Below, one piece after another: positions 20,233 through 28,630 of a stretch of DNA of 64,000 nucleotides. The DNA is taken from assembly GCA_964513515.1 (NCBI GenBank), contig CAZEMP010000003.1, positions 40,927 to 104,926 of the forward strand, read 5' to 3'. Source of the stretch: an uncultured Candidatus Saccharibacteria bacterium. GTDB lineage: Bacteria; Patescibacteriota; Minisyncoccia; Phycocordibacterales; GWA1-40-21. Position 1 is the stretch's first letter; every line of letters starts with the position of its first letter. The position numbers and the translations under genes were made by a program. The notes below the pieces were generated by a model. The model was not told the origin of the DNA, made no database searches, and was given only the letters and a program-made list of their open reading frames with translations.

Positions 20233-20305
20233 TTGTCATTCCCGCGGAGGCGGGAATCTAGGTCGAATTAAATTAAACCTGGATCCCCGCGTTTGCGAGG
20301 ATGAC
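20233..20305. repeat. imperfect inverted-repeat element (copy A of palindromic element family)
   Basis: tgtcattcccgcggaggcgggaatctagg ... cctggatccccgcgtttgcgaggatgaca; arms each contain internal GC hairpin. Confidence 0.7.
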
Positions 20306-20336
20306 AATTCTAGAAATTACACACAAACGTATAAAT

Positions 20337-20969
20337 ATGATCGACAAGCATAAAAACACAGGGATCATAAGCTTAATTAGAGAAAATAAAGTGTATTTCT
20401 TTATTAATCTTTTTATTATATTGACCATGTCTTTTTCTATTTTGTATCTTCTCGGCTTAGTACCAGAGGAGTTTAAATATACTGTAGGAAGAGAACCACT
20501 TAAAGAATCTAAAGGAAATAGGACTGGAGAATTACCCCTAAGTATCAATATTCCAAATATTGGAATAGATTCTCAAATATACAATCCTGCTACAACATCA
20601 ATAGATGTTTTGGATAGCTATTTATTAAAAGGAGCTGTTAGATATCCTGGTTCTGGACTTTTGAACGGCGACGGAAATATTTTTCTTTTTGGACACAGTA
20701 CGGGTATAAGAATAGTAAACAATCAAGCATTCAAGGCTTTTAATGGTCTTAAGAATTTAAAAGGCGGAGATTTGATTTACGTTTATTCAGAAAAATATGA
20801 ATATACCTATAAAGTATTATCTGTAAAAACAATAAGTGCAGATAAAGCTTTGGTGGAGTTTAATACAGATAGCAGAATGTTAACTTTATCTACATGTGAT
20901 AGCTTTGGTGCAAAATCTGACAGAATTGTTGTACAATCTGAACTTGTGTCTAGAAAAAAGATAAATTAA
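20337..20969 (+). CDS. sortase (cysteine transpeptidase)
   Basis: N-terminal TM, LFGHSTG (His) and TLSTCD (Cys) sortase catalytic motifs; ORF-track start 20301 lies inside repeat, ATG 20337 preferred. Confidence 0.75.
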   Translation: MIDKHKNTGIISLIRENKVYFFINLFIILTMSFSILYLLGLVPEEFKYTVGREPLKESKGNRTGELPLSINIPNIGIDSQIYNPATTSIDVLDSYLLKGAVRYPGSGLLNGDGNIFLFGHSTGIRIVNNQAFKAFNGLKNLKGGDLIYVYSEKYEYTYKVLSVKTISADKALVEFNTDSRMLTLSTCDSFGAKSDRIVVQSELVSRKKIN

Positions 20970-20972
20970 AAA

Positions 20973-22721
20973 CTATTTTCTACTTACTTTTTCTTCGTTT
21001 ATTTTTTCAATAAACTCTTTCAAATCCATCTGCCCAAGCTGGCCTTTGTCGCGAGATTCTATAGATACTTTTTTAGCTTCAATGTCCTTATCTCCAATGA
21101 TTATTGTGTAAGGAATTTTATTATTTTTTGCATCTCTTATTTTTCCACCCATATTTCCTTCTCTAGTATCACAATCCACTCTAAAACCAAGATTTTTTAA
21201 TTCTTTTGCAACTTTTTCTGCATGATCATTATGATTTTCTCTGACAGGAACTATTTTTATTTGTACTGGGGAAAGCCAAAGAGGGAATGCACCGGCAAAA
21301 TGCTCTATCATTACACCCATAAATCTTTCAAGCGAGCCTGATATGGCTCTGTGTATAACGACAGGTCTTTCTAGAAGTCCTTTTTCATTTGTAAACGAAA
21401 GATCAAATCTTTCTGGTAAATTAAAATCACATTGTATTGTTGCGAGCTGTTGTTCTCGTCCGATGGCATCTTTAAACATAAAGTCGAGCTTTGGACCGTA
21501 AAATGCAGCTTCACCTTCAATTCTTTTGTAATTTAGTTTATTTTCTTTTGCAGAACTTTCTAGAGCCGACTCAGCTTTTTCCCACACTTCATCACCTCCT
21601 AAATATTTACTTTTATCATCTCCACGCACAGAAAGTCTTACCCAGTATCCGTCCATCATATTCATGGTGGTGTAAAAGTTTTTGATAATTTTTACGATTG
21701 TTCCAACTTCTTGCGAGATCTGATTTACTCTACAGAATAAATGCCCATCATCTTGAGTGATAGCCCTTACTCTTGTGAGCCCTGAAAGTTGTCCAGCTTT
21801 TTCATATCTATATACTGTAGCTGGTTCAAAATATCTGACAGGCATATCTCTGTATGAGAATTGATTGTCGCAGAATATCTGCATATGATGCGGACAGTTC
21901 ATCGGCTTCATATAGAATTCCTCATCACCTCCAGAAACTTTGAAAAGTTCATTTCCAAACTTTACTGCATGTCCTGAAGTTTCGTAAAGTGTTTTCTTTG
22001 TAATATGAGGAGTCCATACTCTGTCATAACCTTCATTTTTATGTAAATCCCAAAGATATTCTTCAATTTCTTTTCTTATTACCATTCCTTTTGGCTGCAA
22101 AAGAGGAAGTCCTGCTCCTATAAGATCTGAAATCGTAAATAGCTTTAGTTCCTTTCCAAGTTTTCTGTGATCTCTTTTTCTAGCCTCTTCTTGTTGTTTT
22201 TCATAAGCCTCAAGTTCTTCTTTAGAATTGAATGCAAGACCGTAAATTCTTGTAAGCATTTTATTTTTCTCATCTCCACGCCAATATGCACCAGCAATCC
22301 TATCTAGTTTGAAAGCGTCTTTTTTAATTTCTTTTACATCTTCAACGTGTCCTCCAGCACAGAAATCTAAAAAATCTCCAGATTTATAAGTAGTGAGCTT
22401 ATCTCCTTTATCCGCATGCTCTTTAATGAGTTCAAGTTTATAGGGATTCTTTGGAAAAATCTTTTCTGCTTCTTTTTGAGTAACTTCTGTTTTTTCAAAA
22501 CCCTTCCATTTTTTCAAAAGTTCTTTCATTTTTTGCTCAATCTTTCCTAGATCCTTGTCTGTAATAGGAGATGAAAATTCAAAGTCATAATAAAAACCAT
22601 TATCAATAGCTGGACCAATTGCCAAATGTGTATCTGGCCAAAGTTCTAATACAGATGCACCCAAAAGGTGAGCGAGAGAATGTCTTATTTGTTTTAATTT
22701 TTCTTCCATAATGTTTCTCAT
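20973..22721 (-). CDS. thrS: threonine--tRNA ligase (lacks N-terminal TGS domain)
   Basis: HSLAHLLG editing-domain motif, class II core and anticodon-binding domain; 582 aa. Confidence 0.9.
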   Translation of the reverse strand: MRNIMEEKLKQIRHSLAHLLGASVLELWPDTHLAIGPAIDNGFYYDFEFSSPITDKDLGKIEQKMKELLKKWKGFEKTEVTQKEAEKIFPKNPYKLELIKEHADKGDKLTTYKSGDFLDFCAGGHVEDVKEIKKDAFKLDRIAGAYWRGDEKNKMLTRIYGLAFNSKEELEAYEKQQEEARKRDHRKLGKELKLFTISDLIGAGLPLLQPKGMVIRKEIEEYLWDLHKNEGYDRVWTPHITKKTLYETSGHAVKFGNELFKVSGGDEEFYMKPMNCPHHMQIFCDNQFSYRDMPVRYFEPATVYRYEKAGQLSGLTRVRAITQDDGHLFCRVNQISQEVGTIVKIIKNFYTTMNMMDGYWVRLSVRGDDKSKYLGGDEVWEKAESALESSAKENKLNYKRIEGEAAFYGPKLDFMFKDAIGREQQLATIQCDFNLPERFDLSFTNEKGLLERPVVIHRAISGSLERFMGVMIEHFAGAFPLWLSPVQIKIVPVRENHNDHAEKVAKELKNLGFRVDCDTREGNMGGKIRDAKNNKIPYTIIIGDKDIEAKKVSIESRDKGQLGQMDLKEFIEKINEEKVSRK

Positions 22722-22788
22722 GTCTTTACGAGCAAAGCGAAGTAATCTAGGTTAATTTCTGGATTGCTTCGTTACACTCGCAATGACG
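22721..22788. repeat. imperfect inverted-repeat element (copy E), abutting thrS start codon
   Basis: tgtctttacgagcaaagcgaagtaatctagg ... ctggattgcttcgttacactcgcaatgacg. Confidence 0.7.
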
Positions 22789-22809
22789 TTATTCTTAATA
22801 AAATAAATA

Positions 22810-22847
22810 GCCCCGACAAAAAACGATACTTCGTTTTTTGTCGGGGC
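22810..22847. terminator. long perfect hairpin terminator (bidirectional)
   Basis: gccccgacaaaaaacga-tact-tcgttttttgtcggggc, 17-bp stem, flanked by A/T runs; downstream of dnaE. Confidence 0.75.
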
Positions 22848-22992
22848 GATTCATGACCGCGGTTCCACCCGATTTTTTACTCTTTATATAGAAATTTTTC
22901 TTACCCAAAGAAAATTATTTAGAATTTTGACGGGTATTGTGGTTGGTAGCCACTAATTTCTATATCTCTATAATAGTCAATTAGCTTTTTGA

Positions 22993-23070
22993 TGTCAAAC
23001 CCTGTAGTAGATTTTGGCATTACGCATTCGCGTTTGAAAAACAATGCCAAAATTCACTACGGGGTCAAAC
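22993..23070. repeat. distinct long inverted repeat just 3' of dnaE stop
   Basis: gtcaaaccctgtagtagattttggcatt ... aatgccaaaattcactacggggtcaaac (about 28-bp arms, 22-bp spacer). Confidence 0.65.
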
Positions 23071-23073
23071 TCA

Positions 23074-26000
23074 CTATTCAAGAACCTTCAATCTCTCAAT
23101 TATCAAGCTTACTTCACCATTTCTTTCTGAAACTTTACAAATAGCCGCAATACATTTGTCGGGCAATATAGAACTTTTGTATTGGGCATAAGTTTTTGGA
23201 AAAACCACAGCATCTATAGATCCAGTAAAATCGGCAATTTTTATGAATGCCATCGGCTCGTTATTTTTTGTCATTATCTCTCTGACCTCTTCTATAATTC
23301 CAGCAACGGGCTGTCCACCATTTACCAATTCTTTAATAGATTTAGTTTCTCCTGCCCCGTGAAGTTTTGCATTTTCTACTTCACTGGGGTCTTTAATTTT
23401 TTTAATACTTACCGGCTGTTTTTCCAAAGTTGATCTGTATTTATCGAGTGGGTGACCAGAAATATAAAGACCAAGCAATTCCTTTTCCCAAGCAAGTTTA
23501 TCTTTTACACTAGCTTTTTCAGCAGGTTCAAGATGAAATGCTTCTTTTGGTTTTTCGTTATCTGATGTTGGACCGTCAAACATTCCAAAAAGCGAATCTT
23601 GATTTTGATTATGCTTACTAACTTCTTTGTTGTATTTAAGCATATTTTCAATATTTGCTAGCATTACACCTCTATCTGCAAATTCATCTAGCGCTCCAGT
23701 TTTTATGAGCGGTTCAAGAGATCTTTTATTTAAATTTTTATCCACAATCCTTTCTAGAAAATTTGAGAGAGAAGTATATCTTCCGTTTTTCTTTCTTTCT
23801 TCAATTATTACTTTTGATATTTCATCACCGAAATTTTTTATTGTTGTAAGACCAAATCGTATTTTATCTCGATCTTCACCTGTAGAGTGTACGTCCGCAC
23901 CTTTTGTTTTTACTACTGTAAAGTCACTATAACTTTCGTTCACGCTTGGTGGTAGTACTGGTATTCCCATTTTTTTACAATCTGCAATAAATTCACCAAT
24001 TTTTTCAACATCACCAGAATCCGCAGTAAGGACAGCGGACATATAAATAGCAGGGAAGTTTGCTTTCATGTACGCAGTCTGATACGAGACACGTCCATAA
24101 CTTGCGGCATGTGCTTTGTTGAATCCATAACCCTGGAACGGCTCGAAAAGATTCCAAAGTGCTTCTGCTTTTTTCTCTGTCATACCACCATGTTTTTGTG
24201 CACCATCGACGAACTTAACATGTTGCTTTGCCATTTCTTCCGGAATCTTTTTTCCAACAGCTTTTCTAAATTTATCTACTTCACCCCAACTGTATCCAGC
24301 CACTTCGATAGCTGTCATTAAAAGATCGTCCTGATACACAAGCACTCCAAATGTCGTATCAAGAAAATCCTTCATTTTTGGATGCACAAATGTTACCGGT
24401 CTTTCGCCATGTTTTCTTGCAATATATTCGTGAATGTTATCCATCGGTCCTGGACGATAAAGAGCGACCATGACATTGATATCGTGTATTACCGTTGGCT
24501 TAAGTTCTTTAAGGGCTTTTGTCATACCCTGGCCGTTTAGTTGAAATACTCCCACAGTTTCACCTCTAGCAAGCATCTCGTACGTCCTTTTATCATTGAA
24601 AGGTATAGCCTCTATATCTATTTTTATACCCTCTATTTTTTCTACACGATTTACCGCATCAGCAAGTATGGAAAGATTTTTTATACCAAGAAAATCAAAT
24701 TTCAAAAGTCCAACACCATCTTCACCCACATCATTCATGTCATATTGGGTGATAATTTTATTTTCGCCTTTTTGATCGTACTGAAGCGGGACATAATTTA
24801 TAAGTGGAGTTGGAGCGATCACTACACCAGCAGCATGAACAGAAATGTGTCTTGCACAACCCTCAATTTTTTTTGCCATATCAATAATGGTTTTTGCATC
24901 TTTATCATTGTTGTATATATCGCGAAGATCAGCGACATCTTCCATCGCTTTATCTATTGTCATAGGGAAGCCCTGCGCTCCCATAGGTATGAGTTTGGCG
25001 ATTTTATCTGCAAGCGGAAGAGGGAAGCCCATAGCACGAGCAACATCACGGCAGGATCCGCGTGCCATCATTGTTCCGAATGTTCCTATTTGTGCTACAT
25101 TTTCTCTACCGTATTTTTTCTTTACATATTCAATAACCTCATCACGTCTATTATCCGCAAAGTCCATATCTATATCTGGAGCAGAAGGTCTTTCTGGATT
25201 TAAGAATCTTTCAAATGGCAATTTATATTCAAGCGGATTTACTTTTGTAATGCCAGTAAGATAGGTAACAATGGATCCTGCAACCGATCCTCTGATGTTT
25301 GTATAGATTCCATTTTCTGATGCATATCGTAATAGATCTGATACTACAAGGAAATATTTTGAATATGCTTTATCTTTGATAATCTTCAGCTCATATTCAA
25401 GTCTCTCTAGAATTTCTTTCGAATGAGGTAAACCCCTTTTGTCTATTCCTTCAAACGCAATTTTTCTCAATTCTTCATCATGTGTAAGTCCGTCTTCCAC
25501 AACAAAGTCTGGGAAAACCCAAGCGTCTTTACCAAGTATTATTTCCACATTGCACATATCAGCAATTTTGAGAGTGTTTTCTAGTGCTTGTGGCGTATCT
25601 TTGAAATATTTTTCTGCCGTATCAGACGATATAAAAGAAAAATCATCATTACTTTCCCTTTGTTCACGATCTGTAAAGTCGGAATGAGAATTTACTTGTA
25701 CAAGTGTGTCGCGAGCAGCCTTATCTTCCGGATGGAGATAATAAACATCGTGTGCAGCAACAAGTTCAGCATTCGTGTCTTTTGAAAGTTTTATAATTTT
25801 CTCTTTTAGTTCTATTTGACCTTCAATTTCTGGATGATGAGTTATTTCTAGAAAAAAGTTATCTATTCCATAAATTTTTATATACCAATCCAAAATATTT
25901 CTAGCTTTTTCTGTATCGCTCGTTTTTAGGGCTTGGGATATTTCTCCAGAAAAATGAGGCATAATACAGACGAGGCCTTGCGAATATTTTTCTATAAGTT

Positions 26001-26367
26001 CACGATCTATTCTTGGTTTATAATAAAAACCCTCAAGATAAGAATCTGTTACAAGCTTGATAAGGTTTTTGTATCCAGTTTCATTTTTAGCCAAAAGTAC
26101 CAAACGAGTTCTTCTATTGTCTATCCCACCTTGTTTGTCTTTTCTTGATCTTGATGAGACATAAAAATCTACTCCAATAATTGGTTTAATATTATTTTTT
26201 TTACAGGTTTGGTAGAATTCGATTGCCCCATACATATTACCAGCATCTGTCAGTGCTAGTGCTGGCATACCCATTTCTTTTGACGTTTTAACAAGCTCTT
26301 TTATTTTTGGGAGAGCATTCAAAAGAGAATAATGAGAATGAGTATGTAAATGAATAAACTTTGACAT
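23074..26367 (-). CDS. dnaE: DNA polymerase III alpha subunit
   Basis: PHP domain HLHTHSHYSLL, polymerase core and OB fold; 1097 aa. Confidence 0.95.
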   Translation of the reverse strand: MSKFIHLHTHSHYSLLNALPKIKELVKTSKEMGMPALALTDAGNMYGAIEFYQTCKKNNIKPIIGVDFYVSSRSRKDKQGGIDNRRTRLVLLAKNETGYKNLIKLVTDSYLEGFYYKPRIDRELIEKYSQGLVCIMPHFSGEISQALKTSDTEKARNILDWYIKIYGIDNFFLEITHHPEIEGQIELKEKIIKLSKDTNAELVAAHDVYYLHPEDKAARDTLVQVNSHSDFTDREQRESNDDFSFISSDTAEKYFKDTPQALENTLKIADMCNVEIILGKDAWVFPDFVVEDGLTHDEELRKIAFEGIDKRGLPHSKEILERLEYELKIIKDKAYSKYFLVVSDLLRYASENGIYTNIRGSVAGSIVTYLTGITKVNPLEYKLPFERFLNPERPSAPDIDMDFADNRRDEVIEYVKKKYGRENVAQIGTFGTMMARGSCRDVARAMGFPLPLADKIAKLIPMGAQGFPMTIDKAMEDVADLRDIYNNDKDAKTIIDMAKKIEGCARHISVHAAGVVIAPTPLINYVPLQYDQKGENKIITQYDMNDVGEDGVGLLKFDFLGIKNLSILADAVNRVEKIEGIKIDIEAIPFNDKRTYEMLARGETVGVFQLNGQGMTKALKELKPTVIHDINVMVALYRPGPMDNIHEYIARKHGERPVTFVHPKMKDFLDTTFGVLVYQDDLLMTAIEVAGYSWGEVDKFRKAVGKKIPEEMAKQHVKFVDGAQKHGGMTEKKAEALWNLFEPFQGYGFNKAHAASYGRVSYQTAYMKANFPAIYMSAVLTADSGDVEKIGEFIADCKKMGIPVLPPSVNESYSDFTVVKTKGADVHSTGEDRDKIRFGLTTIKNFGDEISKVIIEERKKNGRYTSLSNFLERIVDKNLNKRSLEPLIKTGALDEFADRGVMLANIENMLKYNKEVSKHNQNQDSLFGMFDGPTSDNEKPKEAFHLEPAEKASVKDKLAWEKELLGLYISGHPLDKYRSTLEKQPVSIKKIKDPSEVENAKLHGAGETKSIKELVNGGQPVAGIIEEVREIMTKNNEPMAFIKIADFTGSIDAVVFPKTYAQYKSSILPDKCIAAICKVSERNGEVSLIIERLKVLE

Positions 26368-26373
26368 AATGTT

Positions 26374-27024
26374 GTGTTAATATTACTTCAAAAGATGAAA
26401 AATAAAAAGTTGTCAAAAGCTATAAAATTTGTTGTGGGAATAGATGAAGTCGGAAGGGGGCCACTTGCTGGTCCGGTGGCTGTATGTGCATTTAAAATGC
26501 CGATAAATTTTAGAACAAATAAATTCGGCAAATTAAAGGATTCTAAAAAATTAACCGAAGATAAGAGAGAAGAAATTTTTGAGAAATTGAAAGAAGTAAA
26601 AAATAGAGGGGTTGTCGATTATTTTGTTTCTTACGAGAGCGCCCAAAAAATAGATAATATTGGAATAAGTAAGGCAATCAAAAATTGTTTAGAAAAATCA
26701 CTTAACAAACTTAAATTGGAACCAAATAGTTGTCTCATTTTGCTTGATGGAGGACTTAAAGCGCCAGAAATATATAAATACCAAAAGACAATAATAAAAG
26801 GAGATGAAAAAGAAAGATCTATAGCTTTTGCTTCAATCGTAGCAAAGGTTTCAAGAGATAGCCTCATGTATAAATTTTCGAAAAAATACCCGAAATATTT
26901 TTTCGATCTTCATAAGGGATATGGCACAAAAAAACATTGTGAAGCTATAGTTAAAAATGGACTTTCTTCTTTACATAGGAAAAGTTTTTGCAAATCTTTT
27001 TTATTTGACTCTTTTAATAAATAG
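26374..27024 (+). CDS. rnhB: ribonuclease HII
   Basis: GIDEVGRGPLAGPV motif. Confidence 0.9.
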   Translation: MLILLQKMKNKKLSKAIKFVVGIDEVGRGPLAGPVAVCAFKMPINFRTNKFGKLKDSKKLTEDKREEIFEKLKEVKNRGVVDYFVSYESAQKIDNIGISKAIKNCLEKSLNKLKLEPNSCLILLDGGLKAPEIYKYQKTIIKGDEKERSIAFASIVAKVSRDSLMYKFSKKYPKYFFDLHKGYGTKKHCEAIVKNGLSSLHRKSFCKSFLFDSFNK

Positions 27025-27047
27025 ACTTAATATTCTTGTGAAGTTCT

Positions 27048-27258
27048 TTTGTACAAAAAGGGGGTGATTGTCACGAAAGGCACAGAAAACTTACGGGAGC
27101 CATCACTACTTTGGATATTCGCTTTCATGGCCGTGGCTTTACCGATAGGTTGCTTTCTTTTGTTCTTGGGAAGCTTCGAGAACAAGAAAAGGCAAGAAGT
27201 ATCAGCTATGTCATAAAGCGAGAGGCGCTCCATTGTTGGAGCGCTTTCGTTTTAAATA
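27048..27258 (+). ncRNA. candidate structured noncoding RNA or highly structured rpmF leader (identity unresolved)
   Basis: GC-enriched about 200-nt segment starting GGGGGTGATTG with multiple hairpins and ending in gcgctccattgttggagcgc + T-run terminator; no credible CDS (only a 68-aa antisense ORF). Confidence 0.25.
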
Positions 27259-27321
27259 AAACAAAAGATGTGGGTTTTTAGGCTTTGCTTTTTTAATAAA
27301 ATAAGCTATACTCTTTTCACT

Positions 27322-27528
27322 ATGGTAAATCGAATGAGACATAATAGATCCCAGAGAGGAAGCACAAGATCACATCATGCGCTCTCAGGATTAGCACTTA
27401 CAAAGTGCCCAGATTGTAACGCTCCTGTTATGAGACATCAGGCATGTTCAAACTGTGGAAAATATAGAGGCAAAACAGTAATAAATTTAGAAAAAAAGAC
27501 AAAGGCTAGTAAAGTAGCAAAAAAATAA
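27322..27528 (+). CDS. rpmF: 50S ribosomal protein L32
   Basis: RSQRGSTRSHHAL...CPDC...CSNCG zinc-ribbon L32 signature; ORF-track start 27268 is upstream extension. Confidence 0.8.
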   Translation: MVNRMRHNRSQRGSTRSHHALSGLALTKCPDCNAPVMRHQACSNCGKYRGKTVINLEKKTKASKVAKK

Positions 27529-27648
27529 GAAAAGATCGAGACTCATAAAGTCTCGGTTTTTCATTATCATTACTTTGTCTTTTCTTTTTAATATTTTTGG
27601 GATACAATATAGGAAGTAATATATAAGCTTAAAAACTAAGCAAAAAAT

Positions 27649-28548
27649 ATGTCTAGCAGGCACCTTGCAAGATCAATAGTATTTCAATCCGCTTTTGAGT
27701 GGGATTTCAGAAATTCTTCTAGAGAAGAAGCCTTGTTGTCTTTAGAAAGAAACAATAAAGAATTTGGAGATGGTGATTTTGAAAAGTCTTTTTCTGAAAA
27801 TCTTCTTAAGGGTGTTATAGATAAAAAAACAGATTTAGATAATATTATTGTGAAAGCAGCGCCAGATTGGCCTATAGAGAAGATTTCTATTGCTGATAGA
27901 AATATTTTGCGCATAGGGCTTTATGAGCTTTTGTTCTCTGATAGAAAAGAAGTTCCAGCAAAAGTTGCGATCAATGAAGCTATTGAGCTTGCAAAGGCTT
28001 ATAGCGGAGAAAAAAGTGGCGGTTTTATAAATGGAGTACTGGGTACTATTTACAAAGAGCTTGGAGAGCCTGGTAAAGAAGAAGTTTCTAAAAAACATAG
28101 AGACATTCCATTTGAAAAAATGCCCATAAAACAACTCGCTGGGGCGGTCGTTTATAGCATTGAAGATGGTAATATTTATTTTGCACTCGTCCATGACATT
28201 TTTGGAAAATGGACGCTTTCTAAAGGAAAGATAGAGCCAGGGGAGGATCCAAAAGTTGGAGCAATGAGAGAAATAAAGGAAGAGATGGGTATTGATATAT
28301 CTATCGAAGATGAGCTTTTGAAAAATGAATATGTAGCCAATCATCCGCAAGAGGGTAAGATTAGAAAACAAGTAATATATTTTCTAGCCCGCGCTGAAAG
28401 AGCTGATTTGAAGCTTGGTGATAGCGGAGGACTAGACGACGCAAAATGGTTTAAACTTCAAGAAATTCAAAATCTTAATTTCTATAACGATATATTACCG
28501 ATTATTACAAAAGCGATTACCATAATAAGTAGCAAACAAAATAAATAG
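27649..28548 (+). CDS. nusB: NusB-like antitermination domain fused to C-terminal NUDIX hydrolase domain
   Basis: N-terminal ~145 aa NusB-like (ARSIVFQSAFEW...VAINEAIELAKAYSGEKSGGFINGVLG); C-terminal Nudix box GKIEPGEDPKVGAMREIKEEMGI. Confidence 0.7.
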   Translation: MSSRHLARSIVFQSAFEWDFRNSSREEALLSLERNNKEFGDGDFEKSFSENLLKGVIDKKTDLDNIIVKAAPDWPIEKISIADRNILRIGLYELLFSDRKEVPAKVAINEAIELAKAYSGEKSGGFINGVLGTIYKELGEPGKEEVSKKHRDIPFEKMPIKQLAGAVVYSIEDGNIYFALVHDIFGKWTLSKGKIEPGEDPKVGAMREIKEEMGIDISIEDELLKNEYVANHPQEGKIRKQVIYFLARAERADLKLGDSGGLDDAKWFKLQEIQNLNFYNDILPIITKAITIISSKQNK

Positions 28549-28552
28549 TTTA

Positions 28553-28630
28553 TAGTTGCTAGGTTCTAGGTTTTAGAAACATTTAAAATTTCTAACTAGA
28601 AACTAGAAGCTAAAACCTAACACCTAATTT
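28553..28630. repeat. CTAG-heptad iteron-like array arranged as inverted halves, directly upstream of rnc
   Basis: ctagttg ctaggtt ctaggtt ttagaaa ... aactaga aactaga agctaaa acctaac acctaat; right half nearly identical to 19125-19162. Confidence 0.55.

Noticed and set aside
14511-20969. LPXTG/LAXTG substrates for the sortase among neighbouring surface proteins
   Set aside because: No C-terminal sorting motif plus hydrophobic tail was found in the 14511, 19158, 4026 or 62831 proteins. Substrates may lie outside the window.
27027-27233. 68-aa minus-strand ORF in the rnhB-rpmF spacer
   Set aside because: It lies antisense to a structured GC-rich segment with a plus-strand terminator and has no RBS/promoter context. 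The region is more likely RNA or leader.
27048-27258. tmRNA, SRP RNA or RNase P identity for the structured segment
   Set aside because: The 5' GGGGGUGAUU resembles the tmRNA 5' end, but there is no matching 3' acceptor/CCA or tag-peptide reading frame. The SRP GGAAGCAGCCAAGGCAG and RNase P GGAAAGUCCGGGCUCC/ACAGAAA-CCGGCUUA motifs are absent, so no call was made.
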